DNA from: Candidatus Peribacter sp.
Lineage (GTDB): Bacteria > Patescibacteriota > Gracilibacteria > Peribacterales > Peribacteraceae
Direction of reading: 5' to 3'
Assembly: GCA_018652955.1 (NCBI GenBank)
Contig: JABIBA010000013.1
Coordinates: forward strand, 55,880 to 119,879
Length of the DNA stretch: 64,000 bases
Below the pieces are notes generated by a model. The model did no database searches and had not been told where the DNA came from. It saw only the letters and a program-made list of their open reading frames with translations. Of this stretch, positions 27,696 to 38,046 are shown piece after piece (position 1 is the stretch's first letter; each line of letters opens with the position of its first letter). The position numbers were made by a program, and so were the translations under genes.

Positions 27696-27911
27696 TGTAG
27701 CAATTTTGGCCTATTGAACCACGCTTTTCTTTAGATTTCGATTACTAAAAAGCGCCTTCAAAGCACCGTAGAAGTAGAAATGATCTCGAGCTTCCGTATC
27801 CCAATTCCTTCGAGGAAAGAATCAGAATACGAAAGAGTGTCTCTCGAGCAATCAAAATGCGTGTTGGCTTTAGACACTGTCCAGAGCACGCTACCAAAGA
27901 TTATTCCCTGG

Positions 27912-29378
<1,467 letters not shown>

Positions 29379-29650
29379 GAAGTGTTTTGAGTTGTGCCAC
29401 TGTAGTTCAGTGGCGGTTCAAAGGAATACTAACGAAGTTAGTATAATAAATTTTAATTTAGTGGAGTCCATGCTCGAAAGCTCGAAAGCTTAAGAGATGG
29501 ATATAATATTTTCTACTCTACGATGCTGTGAAGGAGCTCTTGCCCACGCACAGATGCATAAGAGGCAAAAGCCAGTTAAGCAGCATACGGGGGTAAAGTA
29601 TCTGCCTCCCCTTTGCCCACTAAATGGACCAGTTGGGAGGGAGCTGGGGA

Positions 29651-29678
29651 ATTTTACCTTCAAGAAACGTTACGTCAA
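29651..29678 (-). promoter_or_regulatory. Candidate rRNA promoter (P1-like), about 270 nt upstream of the mature 16S 5' end
   Basis: The minus strand reads TTGACG, a 16-nt spacer, then TAAAAT. A weaker TGGACT-16 nt-TATTAT element lies at 29443-29470. Confidence 0.4.
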
Positions 29679-29716
29679 GGAATTTTAACGTAAAACCGAC
29701 TTATTTTTGAGCTTTC

Positions 29717-29752
29717 AAGAAAAGACGCCGTCACGGGGACAGCGTCTTTCTG
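29717..29752 (-). terminator. Rho-independent terminator after the 94-aa membrane ORF
   Basis: 8-bp stem AAAGACGC/GCGTCTTT with a 13-nt loop, followed by TCTT on the minus strand. Confidence 0.5.
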
Positions 29753-29772
29753 GAATTTGCGGTGGCTGGGCT

Positions 29773-30057
29773 CTAGAGGAGTCCAGCCTGTTTCAGCGTT
29801 TCTTCGTATACGAACAAACAGTGAAAGTAGACGACGAGGGCAGGTGCAGTCAGAGTGCAGAAGCCAAGAACCCAATAGGGCACGTGGAACTGTTTCGCTC
29901 CGCAGAACGAGTATTCTGAACTCTTTAGCCTGGCGACGATCTGACGCTTTAGAATGATCGCACAGCAACAAGTTGCGGCGACAAACAAAGCGACGATTGC
30001 GATACCAAGACCAAAACGAACCATTGAATCGACAGACATGTGGGTGAACAGTGACAT
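29773..30057 (-). CDS. Small two-TM membrane protein (94 aa)
   Basis: Two hydrophobic helices (FGLGIAIVALFVAATCCCAIIL and VLGFCTLTAPALVVYFHCLFV). GGAG sits 8 nt before the ATG, an extended -10 TGGTATAAT lies at 30143-30135, and the gene has its own terminator. The overlapping 132-aa frame is rejected. Confidence 0.5.
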   Translation of the reverse strand: MSLFTHMSVDSMVRFGLGIAIVALFVAATCCCAIILKRQIVARLKSSEYSFCGAKQFHVPYWVLGFCTLTAPALVVYFHCLFVYEETLKQAGLL

Positions 30058-30165
30058 AAGTCAAGCTCCTCAAGCAGTGGACAAACGGTCGTTCCTGTTA
30101 CATACAGAAACGGTGATAGCAAAGACCTACTAGTATTATACCATTAAAAGGTAATGTTGGGAATA

Positions 30166-30921
30166 CTAGGAATTTGTAGGTATTTCCTGCTTTTGGCTTA
30201 TATTCTGCCCAGAAAGCATTCGTATTCTCTTGGATTTAACCGCTGCCCATGGAATCAGGCAAAAGAACTTTATAAAGTTCCAAGGGCCTCTTAGGCCTGG
30301 AGAAAGCTTGGATACACCGATTCTATGATCATAGGAGATGGGCTCATACAAAATTGTCGCTCGCTCTTTTCCGGCACAGACCATAAGTACGATATGGAGA
30401 GAGAACCAATTGGGATAGAGCTCTTTATATCTCTCTATCAGTTCTTTCTTACAGATGCGAAGACCAGAGTTGATGTCATCAATCTTTTGGCCAGAGCAAA
30501 CTTCCGCAAAGCGCCTTAGAAGGCCACGTGCATTTCTATGCAAGAACGGCCCTTTTGTAAGCTCTCTCCTAAATCCTACGATCATATCGGCCTCCTGTAT
30601 TTGTACATTCTCATATAGGCGAGGGATATCTTCTGGACGGTAGGTGTTGTCTGCATCAATCGTGGCGATCCATTCCCCTTTGGCGTGCTCTATTCCTGTG
30701 ACAATGGCAGCGCCATTCCCTGTATTTTTAATATGGCGAACTATTCGTAAAGAGGGGAGATCGATCTTCTTAAGTATCCCAGGCGTTGCATCCGTACTCC
30801 CGTCATCGACGGCGATAATTTCGTATCCTCCTTCTACTCCTTTAAGGGCTGCATCACTTCTTCTAATGATATCTTCTACAGCACCTGCTTCGTTATAGAT
30901 TGGGATGACAAGACTTAACAT
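30166..30921 (-). CDS. GT2 glycosyltransferase, polyprenyl-phosphate sugar synthase-like (Dpm1/GtrB/ArnC type)
   Basis: LSLVIPIYNEAGAVEDII...YEIIAVDDGSTDAT...ATIDADNTYRPEDIP is a typical GT2 DxD architecture of the Dpm1-like class. Confidence 0.85.
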   Translation of the reverse strand: MLSLVIPIYNEAGAVEDIIRRSDAALKGVEGGYEIIAVDDGSTDATPGILKKIDLPSLRIVRHIKNTGNGAAIVTGIEHAKGEWIATIDADNTYRPEDIPRLYENVQIQEADMIVGFRRELTKGPFLHRNARGLLRRFAEVCSGQKIDDINSGLRICKKELIERYKELYPNWFSLHIVLMVCAGKERATILYEPISYDHRIGVSKLSPGLRGPWNFIKFFCLIPWAAVKSKRIRMLSGQNISQKQEIPTNS

Positions 30922-30970
30922 TAATTAGAGGATAGTGGATAATGCATTATTTTCAATCTACAATCTGATT

Positions 30971-31708
30971 ATGTCGCTAAAAACCGCGAGCATCTCCGTT
31001 GTTATGCCTTCTTATAATGAGAGGGGTAATATTCCTGAAGCAGTTGAGAGAATTGTAGAGACTTTGGGTGATAGTCTTTTTGAAATACTTATTGTTGATG
31101 ACAACAGTCCAGATAAAACATGGGAGCTTGTAGAGGAGATGCACAAAGAAGATCCGCGGGTTAAAGTAATACGTCGCATAGAAAAGAGAGGACTGGCTTC
31201 GGCACTTGCTGATGGAACGAATGCAGCAGAGGGTGAGATTATTGTGTGGCTTGATTGTGATCTTGGTATTCCACCAGAAGACATCACAAAGTTGGTCGCA
31301 AAGATTCCAGAATACGACATCGCTATCGGATCGAGGTATCTCCCTGGAGGTATGGATACGAGGCATTGGTTTCGTGGTTGGTTGAGTACGGTTTTTAATG
31401 TTTACACACGAGCGATTCTTGGTCGTCACTTTTGGGATTGGACTTCTGGTTTTGCCGCAGCAAAGAAAGATGTGATGCGAAAGTGCCCTCTCACAGAAGA
31501 AGGGTTCGGTGAGTACTTTATTGAGTGGGTCTACATGTGTACGCTCAGAGATTTTAAGATGGTTGAGGTGCCATATCGCTATGGACTCCGTAAAGCTGGA
31601 GAATCCAAGACAGACAGTGATATCCGGGTATTTCTAAAGTTGGCAATTAACTATGCATGGCGAGTACTAGCCATTAGGATGAAACACGGTTCCCGAAAGA
31701 AATCATGA
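30971..31708 (+). CDS. GT2 glycosyltransferase, dolichyl/polyprenyl-phosphate mannose synthase-like
   Basis: ISVVMPSYNERGNIPEAV...ILIVDDNSPDKT...RIEKRGLASA...WLDCDLGIPPED. The track ORF starts at GTG 30935; I prefer ATG 30971. Confidence 0.85.
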   Translation: MSLKTASISVVMPSYNERGNIPEAVERIVETLGDSLFEILIVDDNSPDKTWELVEEMHKEDPRVKVIRRIEKRGLASALADGTNAAEGEIIVWLDCDLGIPPEDITKLVAKIPEYDIAIGSRYLPGGMDTRHWFRGWLSTVFNVYTRAILGRHFWDWTSGFAAAKKDVMRKCPLTEEGFGEYFIEWVYMCTLRDFKMVEVPYRYGLRKAGESKTDSDIRVFLKLAINYAWRVLAIRMKHGSRKKS

Positions 31709-32958
31709 GCTCTTTGCCCGCTATTCCAGAAACGACCTGTATTACAAAGTGCAGGGTATGCCAGTCCGATCAATTTACGGATTTGTATTCTGTAGGAGAT
31801 TTATACATCTCTAACTTTCCAGACAAGGCAGATGACGGAATCAAGGCACCTCTAGAAATGGTGATGTGTAACAAGTGTAAGTTGGTGCAATTACGTCACA
31901 GTGCTCCGCAAGAACTTCTCTACAGTCGGTTTTATTGGTATCGCTCTGGAGTGACAGACACGATGAAAAAAGCGCTGCGTAATATTACAGAAAGTATCGA
32001 ACAGCGTATGGACTTACAAGAAGGTGACGTGGTGCTTGATATTGGAAGTAACGACGGGACAATGCTGCGCACCTACGAAGCACCAGGCATCATTAAAGTT
32101 GGAGTAGAGCCTGCTTCTAATCTTGCAGAGGAAGGAGAAAAAGAGCTCGATCATTTTATTAATGATTTCTGGGAGTATGACAGCTACTTTGCAGAGGTAG
32201 GGAAGAAGGCAAAAGTCATAACAGCGATCGGAATGTTTTATGACATGGAAGACCCAGGAAAGTTTGTCGCAGATGCCGCAAAGGCACTAACAAATGACGG
32301 TATGTTTGTAACACAGTTGATGTGTCTTAAAAATCAACTTGATACCAATGACGTTGGAAACATTTGCCACGAGCACTTGGAGTTTTATTCATTACATTCA
32401 CTCGAGTACATGTTGAATGCCAACGGGTTCGAGATTATCGACTTAGAACACAACCTCGTAAACGGTGGAAGTTACCGTGTGTATTGTGGACTTAAAGGAG
32501 GCAATCCTCCTAAGGTCGAAGGGTCTGAAGAACGCATCGCAAAGTTTCGTAAAGAAGAAGAAGGAATAGACACCGAAGAAGTACACAAAGAATTTTTTGC
32601 TCGCATGGAAGAAAACAAAAGACAGTGTGTCGAATTTATTCGCGCAGAGGTCGCTAAGGGAAAGAAGGTGTGGGTGTATGGCGCTTCTACAAAAGGAAAC
32701 ACCATCTTGCAGTATTACGGACTGGACCACCGCGATATCGAAGCGGCATCTGAGCGCAGCCCAGAAAAGTGGGGAAAAGTAACAGTCGGAACAGGCATTC
32801 CAATTGTTTCTGAAGACGAAGCACGTAAAGCAAACCCAGACTACTTCTTAGTACTGCCGTATGCATTCTTTGATGAGTTTTATAAGCGCGAAGAGGAGTG
32901 GAGAAACGGAGGTGGAAAGTTCATAGTTCCTTTACCTGAATTCCGCGTTGTGTCATGA
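31705..32958 (+). CDS. NDP-sugar C-methyltransferase-like enzyme (TylCIII-type architecture)
   Basis: N-terminal Cys4 zinc ribbon (CRVCQS...CNKCKLVQL), SAM motif VLDIGSNDGT, and a C-terminal Rossmann-like part (VWVYGASTKGNT). Has ATGA overlaps with both neighbouring genes. Confidence 0.75.
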   Translation: MSSLPAIPETTCITKCRVCQSDQFTDLYSVGDLYISNFPDKADDGIKAPLEMVMCNKCKLVQLRHSAPQELLYSRFYWYRSGVTDTMKKALRNITESIEQRMDLQEGDVVLDIGSNDGTMLRTYEAPGIIKVGVEPASNLAEEGEKELDHFINDFWEYDSYFAEVGKKAKVITAIGMFYDMEDPGKFVADAAKALTNDGMFVTQLMCLKNQLDTNDVGNICHEHLEFYSLHSLEYMLNANGFEIIDLEHNLVNGGSYRVYCGLKGGNPPKVEGSEERIAKFRKEEEGIDTEEVHKEFFARMEENKRQCVEFIRAEVAKGKKVWVYGASTKGNTILQYYGLDHRDIEAASERSPEKWGKVTVGTGIPIVSEDEARKANPDYFLVLPYAFFDEFYKREEEWRNGGGKFIVPLPEFRVVS

Positions 32959-33926
32959 GCAAGAAAGCCCTCATCCTCGGTATCGGTGGCCAAGATGGTT
33001 CGTATCTTGCAGAGCTTTTGCTTAGCAAGGGATACGAAGTACACGGTTTGATTCGCAGATCTGCCACAGGAAATACGAGTAATATCGATCACCTAGAAGA
33101 TGACATTACATTGCACAGAGGAGACTTGGCTGATGTGCCTTCACTCTATGCTGCGATAAGTGCGAGTAATCCAGATGAGATTTATAACGAAGCAGATCAA
33201 GACCATGCAGGATGGAGTTATAGCCTTGTCGACTATGCGTCAGACATAACAGGTGCTGCACCTGGTCGAATTTTGGAGATCATTAAGCAACTTAATCCGA
33301 AGATCAAATACTTCCAGCCACTGACGTCTAACATGTTTGGAATGAGCGAGAGTGAAACGCAAAACGAAACCACACCGCTAAACCCACAAAGCCCTTACGC
33401 TTGCGCAAAAGCGTATGCGTGGTCGCTGACAAAGTACTATCGTCAGGTGCATGGAATATTTGCTTCTACAGCGATCTTTTTTAACCACGAATCTCCACGT
33501 CGCACCGATAGTTACGTAACACGTAAGATCACAAAGTCAGCTGCAAGAATCAAATTAGGATTACAGGATCAACTCTTGCTTGGAGACTTAACCGCTAAGC
33601 TCGATTTTGGTTTTGCAGGGGAGTATATGGAAGCTGCACATAACATTATGCAGCTCGATAGCCCTGATGACTTTTGTATCGGGACAGGAGAAGCAGTATC
33701 TGTTCAGCAATTTTTGGATGAGACGTTTGCTCAGGCAGGGCTCGACCCAAAAAGTTGTGTAGGAACAGACGAACGGTTTATGCGACCAGGAAAAACAAGT
33801 ACGCTCATCGCAGATTACTCTAAGGCAAATAAGACATTCGGCTACGAGCCAAAGGTAAAGTATGCAGATCTTATCAAGATTATGTTGGAGCACGATCTAA
33901 AGGAGGAGGGAAAACTGATTGTATAA
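32955..33926 (+). CDS. GDP-mannose 4,6-dehydratase-family NDP-sugar dehydratase (short paralog)
   Basis: [34 protein letters not shown]..., catalytic YACAKAY, and NHESPRR. It is a paralog of the canonical gmd at 38452. Confidence 0.8.
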   Translation: MSKKALILGIGGQDGSYLAELLLSKGYEVHGLIRRSATGNTSNIDHLEDDITLHRGDLADVPSLYAAISASNPDEIYNEADQDHAGWSYSLVDYASDITGAAPGRILEIIKQLNPKIKYFQPLTSNMFGMSESETQNETTPLNPQSPYACAKAYAWSLTKYYRQVHGIFASTAIFFNHESPRRTDSYVTRKITKSAARIKLGLQDQLLLGDLTAKLDFGFAGEYMEAAHNIMQLDSPDDFCIGTGEAVSVQQFLDETFAQAGLDPKSCVGTDERFMRPGKTSTLIADYSKANKTFGYEPKVKYADLIKIMLEHDLKEEGKLIV

Positions 33927-33960
33927 AAAAACCCGACCGAAGTGGTCGGGGACGTTTTGA
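33925..33960. terminator. Bidirectional hairpin terminator between convergent genes
   Basis: aaaaaaa-cccgacc-gaagt-ggtcggg-gacgtttt: a perfect 7-bp GC-rich stem flanked by an A-run and a T-run. Confidence 0.65.
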
Positions 33961-33976
33961 TGAGCCGTTGCTCATT

Positions 33977-34651
33977 TTAGGAAAAGTGGTACGGATGGAC
34001 ACCTTCTTCTTCAAGCTGAGCAGTCAGATGTTCAAAGAATGTTTGGAACACTTCGGCGCGTCTTCTGCCGCGTGCCATTCCTTCTTTGGTGCGAATGCAG
34101 ACATCGCTGTCTGGGTTCACCCAGTCGAGTGAGTACGCGATGTCTCGCAGGACGGACTTCGGTTCGCGGTACGACGCCTCTGGATCGTCGAGCATGTTTC
34201 TGTAATCCACAGCGGGCAAGTTTGCGTAGTGTTGACCCGAGCGGATGAACAAGTCGACGTCCAAGTTGACCACACGGTCTGCGTCCTTCAGCGCGATGGC
34301 AACTTCCAATTCATCATCATCGTTCACATCGCTGTGCTTCGAGACAGCGTCTACGATGATGTTTGTCGAAGGATAGTCCAATGAAGCTCCAATCCATTCG
34401 CGCACTAGATCACTAGGGTCTTCGCTACCTGTTTTCTGGCAAATGCGGTCAGCGTTGTGGCACAGACCTGCAATACCTGCGAGGTTTGCATTGCGTACAC
34501 TGCCCCATTCTGCCATGACGATTTGCATCGCCTGTTCGCCGACCCTGAACGCATGGATCCAATCGTGGTGGCCAACGAGGCCAGCCTCTTCATGTGATTT
34601 GCGAACTCGGGCTGCAAGTTCTGAGTACAAATCCCAAATGCGATGAGTCAT
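33977..34651 (-). CDS. HD-domain metal-dependent phosphohydrolase
   Basis: GHHDWIHAFRV...GLCHNADR carries H..HD-type metal ligands. Preceded by a canonical GGAGGTG 6 nt before the ATG. Composition is visibly more GC- and CpG-rich than its neighbours. Confidence 0.7.
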   Translation of the reverse strand: MTHRIWDLYSELAARVRKSHEEAGLVGHHDWIHAFRVGEQAMQIVMAEWGSVRNANLAGIAGLCHNADRICQKTGSEDPSDLVREWIGASLDYPSTNIIVDAVSKHSDVNDDDELEVAIALKDADRVVNLDVDLFIRSGQHYANLPAVDYRNMLDDPEASYREPKSVLRDIAYSLDWVNPDSDVCIRTKEGMARGRRRAEVFQTFFEHLTAQLEEEGVHPYHFS

Positions 34652-34745
34652 AAAGCACCTCCAATTCCTTTTGTTAATGAGCGGCTTATCTTGACCAGAT
34701 TACGTATCTGATACTTATAAAATAATACAATATTTATACTTAATG

Positions 34746-36500
34746 TCAATTAACCTCGTAGACTATAAATCTACCATTCTTGTAAAGAATAGAGGCAGAT
34801 TTTGGTATTTGAATAGCTCTCTCGTCCTTCGTATCTGCCACAAGATATCGTACGTTGTACTTCTTAAGATATTCTTCGTAATTACTATCAATTTCAGCGC
34901 TTAGCTTCAGGGCATTTTGAATGTACGCATCTCCGCCAATCAGATCCATTGGGTCTACGGTAATCTTTTCATTTACGGATCCATCAAGCCCAAAGAGGAA
35001 TGTCTTTGCGACTCCTAGTGGAGTTGTATCTGGATAGGCACTGAGATACCTCAGTGAGTATGTAGGGTTAAGCCCTGCGTAATTCGATACTGACTCTCGT
35101 AAGAATGCTTCGTCGATATGGCCTGAGTAGGCGACGAGGAATCGCTCAAGCAACTCTTCGTCCGGTGCAACATGCAGAGCGGCTCTTGGTGTAAAGAGTA
35201 TGCCATTCGGTGAATAGAGAGGAATGTAAAAACTAAGCATTGGCCCTCCATGCAAGACGGCGTCATGAACACCTTCTTGTTCAAGGGCTGCAAACACATC
35301 TGCAAATCCACTGATATTTTCATGTGCTTCTACAACGCGCTCTTTGTAGGGCGAGAGTGTGTACGAGTAGGAGTTTTTTCTGATGAATGCTCGGTTCACT
35401 GTTGTAAAAATCATCGCTGCAACACACAGAATTATGACCATCTTCTCACACTGTGTTTTTCGCTTAGACAAGCTTTGTATGAGTATTGGGATTGCAACAA
35501 TATTTACCAACAGTGCTAGTCGCCATGGGTGCGTCACAAAATCCATAACCTTACCGGTAATCACATTGCTTGTAGCAGCTATCACCACTGCAGATGTGAG
35601 TAAAAGCAGGAGCGCTTCTTCGGATGAGAAGTGACGACGAAATCTTAGAAGCACTAGAGTGCCAATCAGTACAATGCTGTATTTATTATTATAAATAGTC
35701 AGAGGCAAAACAATGTGTGTATCTATCAAACCAGAGCGTGTATTGATTGCCGAGGCGACAGGATCGGTAAACAAAGAGATTGTTGTGAGGATTTGCGGAA
35801 TGCATGCAACGATAATTCCTACACCCATCATCATCAGAAGCTTGATTGTCTTGGTATCGCGACTAAAGAGAGCATATAAAAAGAAGAGTCCGATGGAGGT
35901 GAAGTTTTGCATCCACAAGTGCGGATACAAGTAGAAGGCAATGGCACTGATAATTCCTAGTGGCACGTATCTCTTAGCTTCATGTGGACTACGTAGCACC
36001 ATGAGTAGTGCAATCATAAATAATCCAAAGACGGGATAGATGGTTTGCATTATTCCTGGCCGAGAAATCAAGTTCGCAAGAGAGGCTATTCCCACGATGG
36101 TTATGAGCGCAGAGACTACGAGTCTTCCTTGTAATATTTTCCTATTCAGTACAAAGATAATGCCTCCAGTAATTGCTGCGTACAATACTGCGTTTATCGC
36201 ATAAACTACATGTATATCAAACCCAAGAAGCCCTGGAATAGACGCTAAATAGATGGGCAATAGAAGGCCGGGGAATGCGCTGTCTCTGTATTCAAGAAAG
36301 TAGGGGTTTCCGAGTGTAGCGTGCCCTGAGAGGACCTGTTGAATGTGTGTCAGGTAGTAGATCGTATCCGTTTCAAGTTGGGGAATAATTGCAGGAATCC
36401 AGCTGCCAAATGTTAGTTTATAAAAGAGAAACGGAACAAAGACAGCGAGGATAGAGCCCAGTATTACCACAGCCCATGAGTACTTCTCTTTTAGTTGCAT
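34746..36500 (-). CDS. Polytopic membrane protein with a C-terminal extracytoplasmic domain (GT-C-like glycosyltransferase/polymerase candidate)
   Basis: 584 aa. Roughly 10-12 hydrophobic helices occupy the first 370 aa, followed by a soluble tail of about 200 aa. It sits beside GT2, GtrA and sugar-nucleotide genes. Confidence 0.65.
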   Translation of the reverse strand: MQLKEKYSWAVVILGSILAVFVPFLFYKLTFGSWIPAIIPQLETDTIYYLTHIQQVLSGHATLGNPYFLEYRDSAFPGLLLPIYLASIPGLLGFDIHVVYAINAVLYAAITGGIIFVLNRKILQGRLVVSALITIVGIASLANLISRPGIMQTIYPVFGLFMIALLMVLRSPHEAKRYVPLGIISAIAFYLYPHLWMQNFTSIGLFFLYALFSRDTKTIKLLMMMGVGIIVACIPQILTTISLFTDPVASAINTRSGLIDTHIVLPLTIYNNKYSIVLIGTLVLLRFRRHFSSEEALLLLLTSAVVIAATSNVITGKVMDFVTHPWRLALLVNIVAIPILIQSLSKRKTQCEKMVIILCVAAMIFTTVNRAFIRKNSYSYTLSPYKERVVEAHENISGFADVFAALEQEGVHDAVLHGGPMLSFYIPLYSPNGILFTPRAALHVAPDEELLERFLVAYSGHIDEAFLRESVSNYAGLNPTYSLRYLSAYPDTTPLGVAKTFLFGLDGSVNEKITVDPMDLIGGDAYIQNALKLSAEIDSNYEEYLKKYNVRYLVADTKDERAIQIPKSASILYKNGRFIVYEVN

Positions 36501-37579
36501 ACTGAACGCATGGTCTCACAGACGTATGCTATTTGCTCGTCTGTAATTGCAAGACCAGAAGGAAGATAGAAACCACGTGCAGATGCATCTTCGGTTACCG
36601 GGAAGCTGTCATCTGTCTGTACGGCAATTGCAGGCTGGCTGTGGCACGGGAGGAAGAACTCGCGTGTATCTACTCCTTTTTCTTTTAGGCGGGCACACAG
36701 CTCATCTCTACCACTTTCTACCATGACGGCATACATCCAGTAGACATGTGTTGCGTAGTCTTTCTCTTGCGGGAGGCGTAAACCTTCTATTCCACTCAAG
36801 CCTTCTTTGTAGAGCGCTGCCATCGAACGTTTTCGTTCGAGTAAGTCATCGATTGCTTCGAGTTGTCCAAGTCCTACTGCAGCTTGCAGGTTAGTAGGGC
36901 GATAGTTAAACCCAAGTTCTTCATGGCGAAACCTCTTGGTCGGTGAGTGTGCAAGATCTTTGAGCCACCGCGCACGCTTCGCAAGCGCATCATCATCTGT
37001 CGTGATCATTCCCCCTTCTCCTGTAGTGATAATTTTATTTCCGTAAAAACTAAAGGCGTTGATGGTTCCAATGGAGCCACATTTTTTTCCTTTGTACTCG
37101 GCTCCATGTACTTCGGCTGCATCTTCGATGATTGCGAGATTATGCTTGGCGGCAATTTCGAGAATTGGATCCATATCACACGGAAGTCCGTAGATGTGCA
37201 CGGGCATTATTGCTTTTGTGCGGTCTGTGATTTTCGCTTCAATTAGCGCTGCATCTATATTCAAAGTTTCTGGATCAATATCGACAAAGACCGGAGTAGC
37301 TCCTGTGTACATCACCGAGAACGGTGAGGCGATCATCGTAAAGTTTGGAATGATCACTTCGTCACCTGGTCCGATATTTAATGTGCGAGCTGCAGTGTGT
37401 AGTGCGGATGTTCCACTGTTTGTAAAGATGGCATGCTTTACTCCAATAAACTTTGCAAAAGCTTCTTCAAATTTTTCTACACATGGACCTGCAGAAGAAA
37501 TCCAACCGGTATCCATTGCGTCTGCTACATACAACTTTGCAGCATCGGTAATCAGTGGTTCGTTTACGGGGACCTTCAT
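36491..37579 (-). CDS. DegT/DnrJ/EryC1-family aminotransferase, GDP-perosamine synthase-like
   Basis: 362 aa starting at MKVPVNEPLI. TGWISSAGPCVEKFEEAF, NSGTSALH, FSFYGNKIITTGEGGMI and NYRPTNLQAAVGLGQLE closely track the Per/RfbE pattern as I recall it. The N-terminal extension of the track ORF is rejected. Confidence 0.8.
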   Translation of the reverse strand: MKVPVNEPLITDAAKLYVADAMDTGWISSAGPCVEKFEEAFAKFIGVKHAIFTNSGTSALHTAARTLNIGPGDEVIIPNFTMIASPFSVMYTGATPVFVDIDPETLNIDAALIEAKITDRTKAIMPVHIYGLPCDMDPILEIAAKHNLAIIEDAAEVHGAEYKGKKCGSIGTINAFSFYGNKIITTGEGGMITTDDDALAKRARWLKDLAHSPTKRFRHEELGFNYRPTNLQAAVGLGQLEAIDDLLERKRSMAALYKEGLSGIEGLRLPQEKDYATHVYWMYAVMVESGRDELCARLKEKGVDTREFFLPCHSQPAIAVQTDDSFPVTEDASARGFYLPSGLAITDEQIAYVCETMRSVCN

Positions 37580-37989
37580 GATGCATCGCGGAATGTTTTC
37601 TCTTTTTCTCGTCCTGGGTATGGACCCTGCTTTACTTCGAGAATGCGTGTTGGCTCTAACATGGTGAGCGCATGTCCGCCCTTTAGAATGACAATGCATT
37701 CGCTGCCATTCACGGTTACTTCTTCGATAACATTCCAATCGTCATCAAATATTTTCACTGCAACGCTACCACTTTGAATCCAGATAAATTCTCCAGGAGG
37801 GGAGAGTTCGACACTCAGTGGATTATGTCTGTGCGGTACTACTTCGTATCCTTCCTCTCTATCAAAAAGCCCTACCTGCAATGGGTCTTCATCTTTTGTA
37901 AAAAATTTCACACCGTTCTCTACTGGTGTATCAGCAGTAAAAACGTGTGCGTAAATCTCTCCGTTATGTTCGATAGTTTGTTGAGACAT
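37576..37989 (-). CDS. Cupin-fold protein (sugar-nucleotide tailoring enzyme candidate)
   Basis: 137 aa. Cupin-like VPHRHNP...GEFIWIQSGSVAVKIFD...VILKGGHAL. ATGA overlap with the aminotransferase. Confidence 0.6.
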   Translation of the reverse strand: MSQQTIEHNGEIYAHVFTADTPVENGVKFFTKDEDPLQVGLFDREEGYEVVPHRHNPLSVELSPPGEFIWIQSGSVAVKIFDDDWNVIEEVTVNGSECIVILKGGHALTMLEPTRILEVKQGPYPGREKEKTFRDAS

Positions 37990-38046
37990 GTAATAAGTAT
38001 AGAGGTGGCTAGGGGGCAGAGGCCAAATCTTGTAAGATAAATCTCA

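Noticed and set aside
27696-27911. Expected ITS tRNA-Ile/tRNA-Ala and a 23S start downstream of the 16S.
   Set aside because: No cloverleaf-compatible sequence, T-loop or 23S 5' motif is present. A protein-coding gene starts at 27695. I conclude the 16S is unlinked.
29472-29490. The tandem repeat gctcgaaa-gctcgaaa-gct, considered as a possible CRISPR or repeat array.
   Set aside because: It is only two and a half copies of an 8-mer with no spacers. It is too short for any array and is probably a slippage product in the rRNA leader.
29497-29688. A 63-aa plus-strand ORF upstream of the 16S gene.
   Set aside because: It sits antisense in the rRNA leader between the promoter-like elements. It has no start context or terminator, and its composition is unremarkable. 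I treat it as non-coding.
37580-37738. N-terminal extension of the aminotransferase ORF (track ORF 36491-37738).
   Set aside because: The extension overlaps the cupin gene and is Arg/His-rich nonsense. The conserved DegT-family N-terminus starts at MKVPVNEPLI (ATG at 37579), giving an ATGA junction.
37576-37989. Calling the 137-aa cupin an FdtA/QdtA-type 3,4-ketoisomerase.
   Set aside because: The size and HxH-like motif (HRH) fit. However, the coupled aminotransferase looks like a C4-specific perosamine synthase, which needs no 3,4-isomerase. I cannot verify the catalytic residues without an alignment, so I kept it as a generic cupin.
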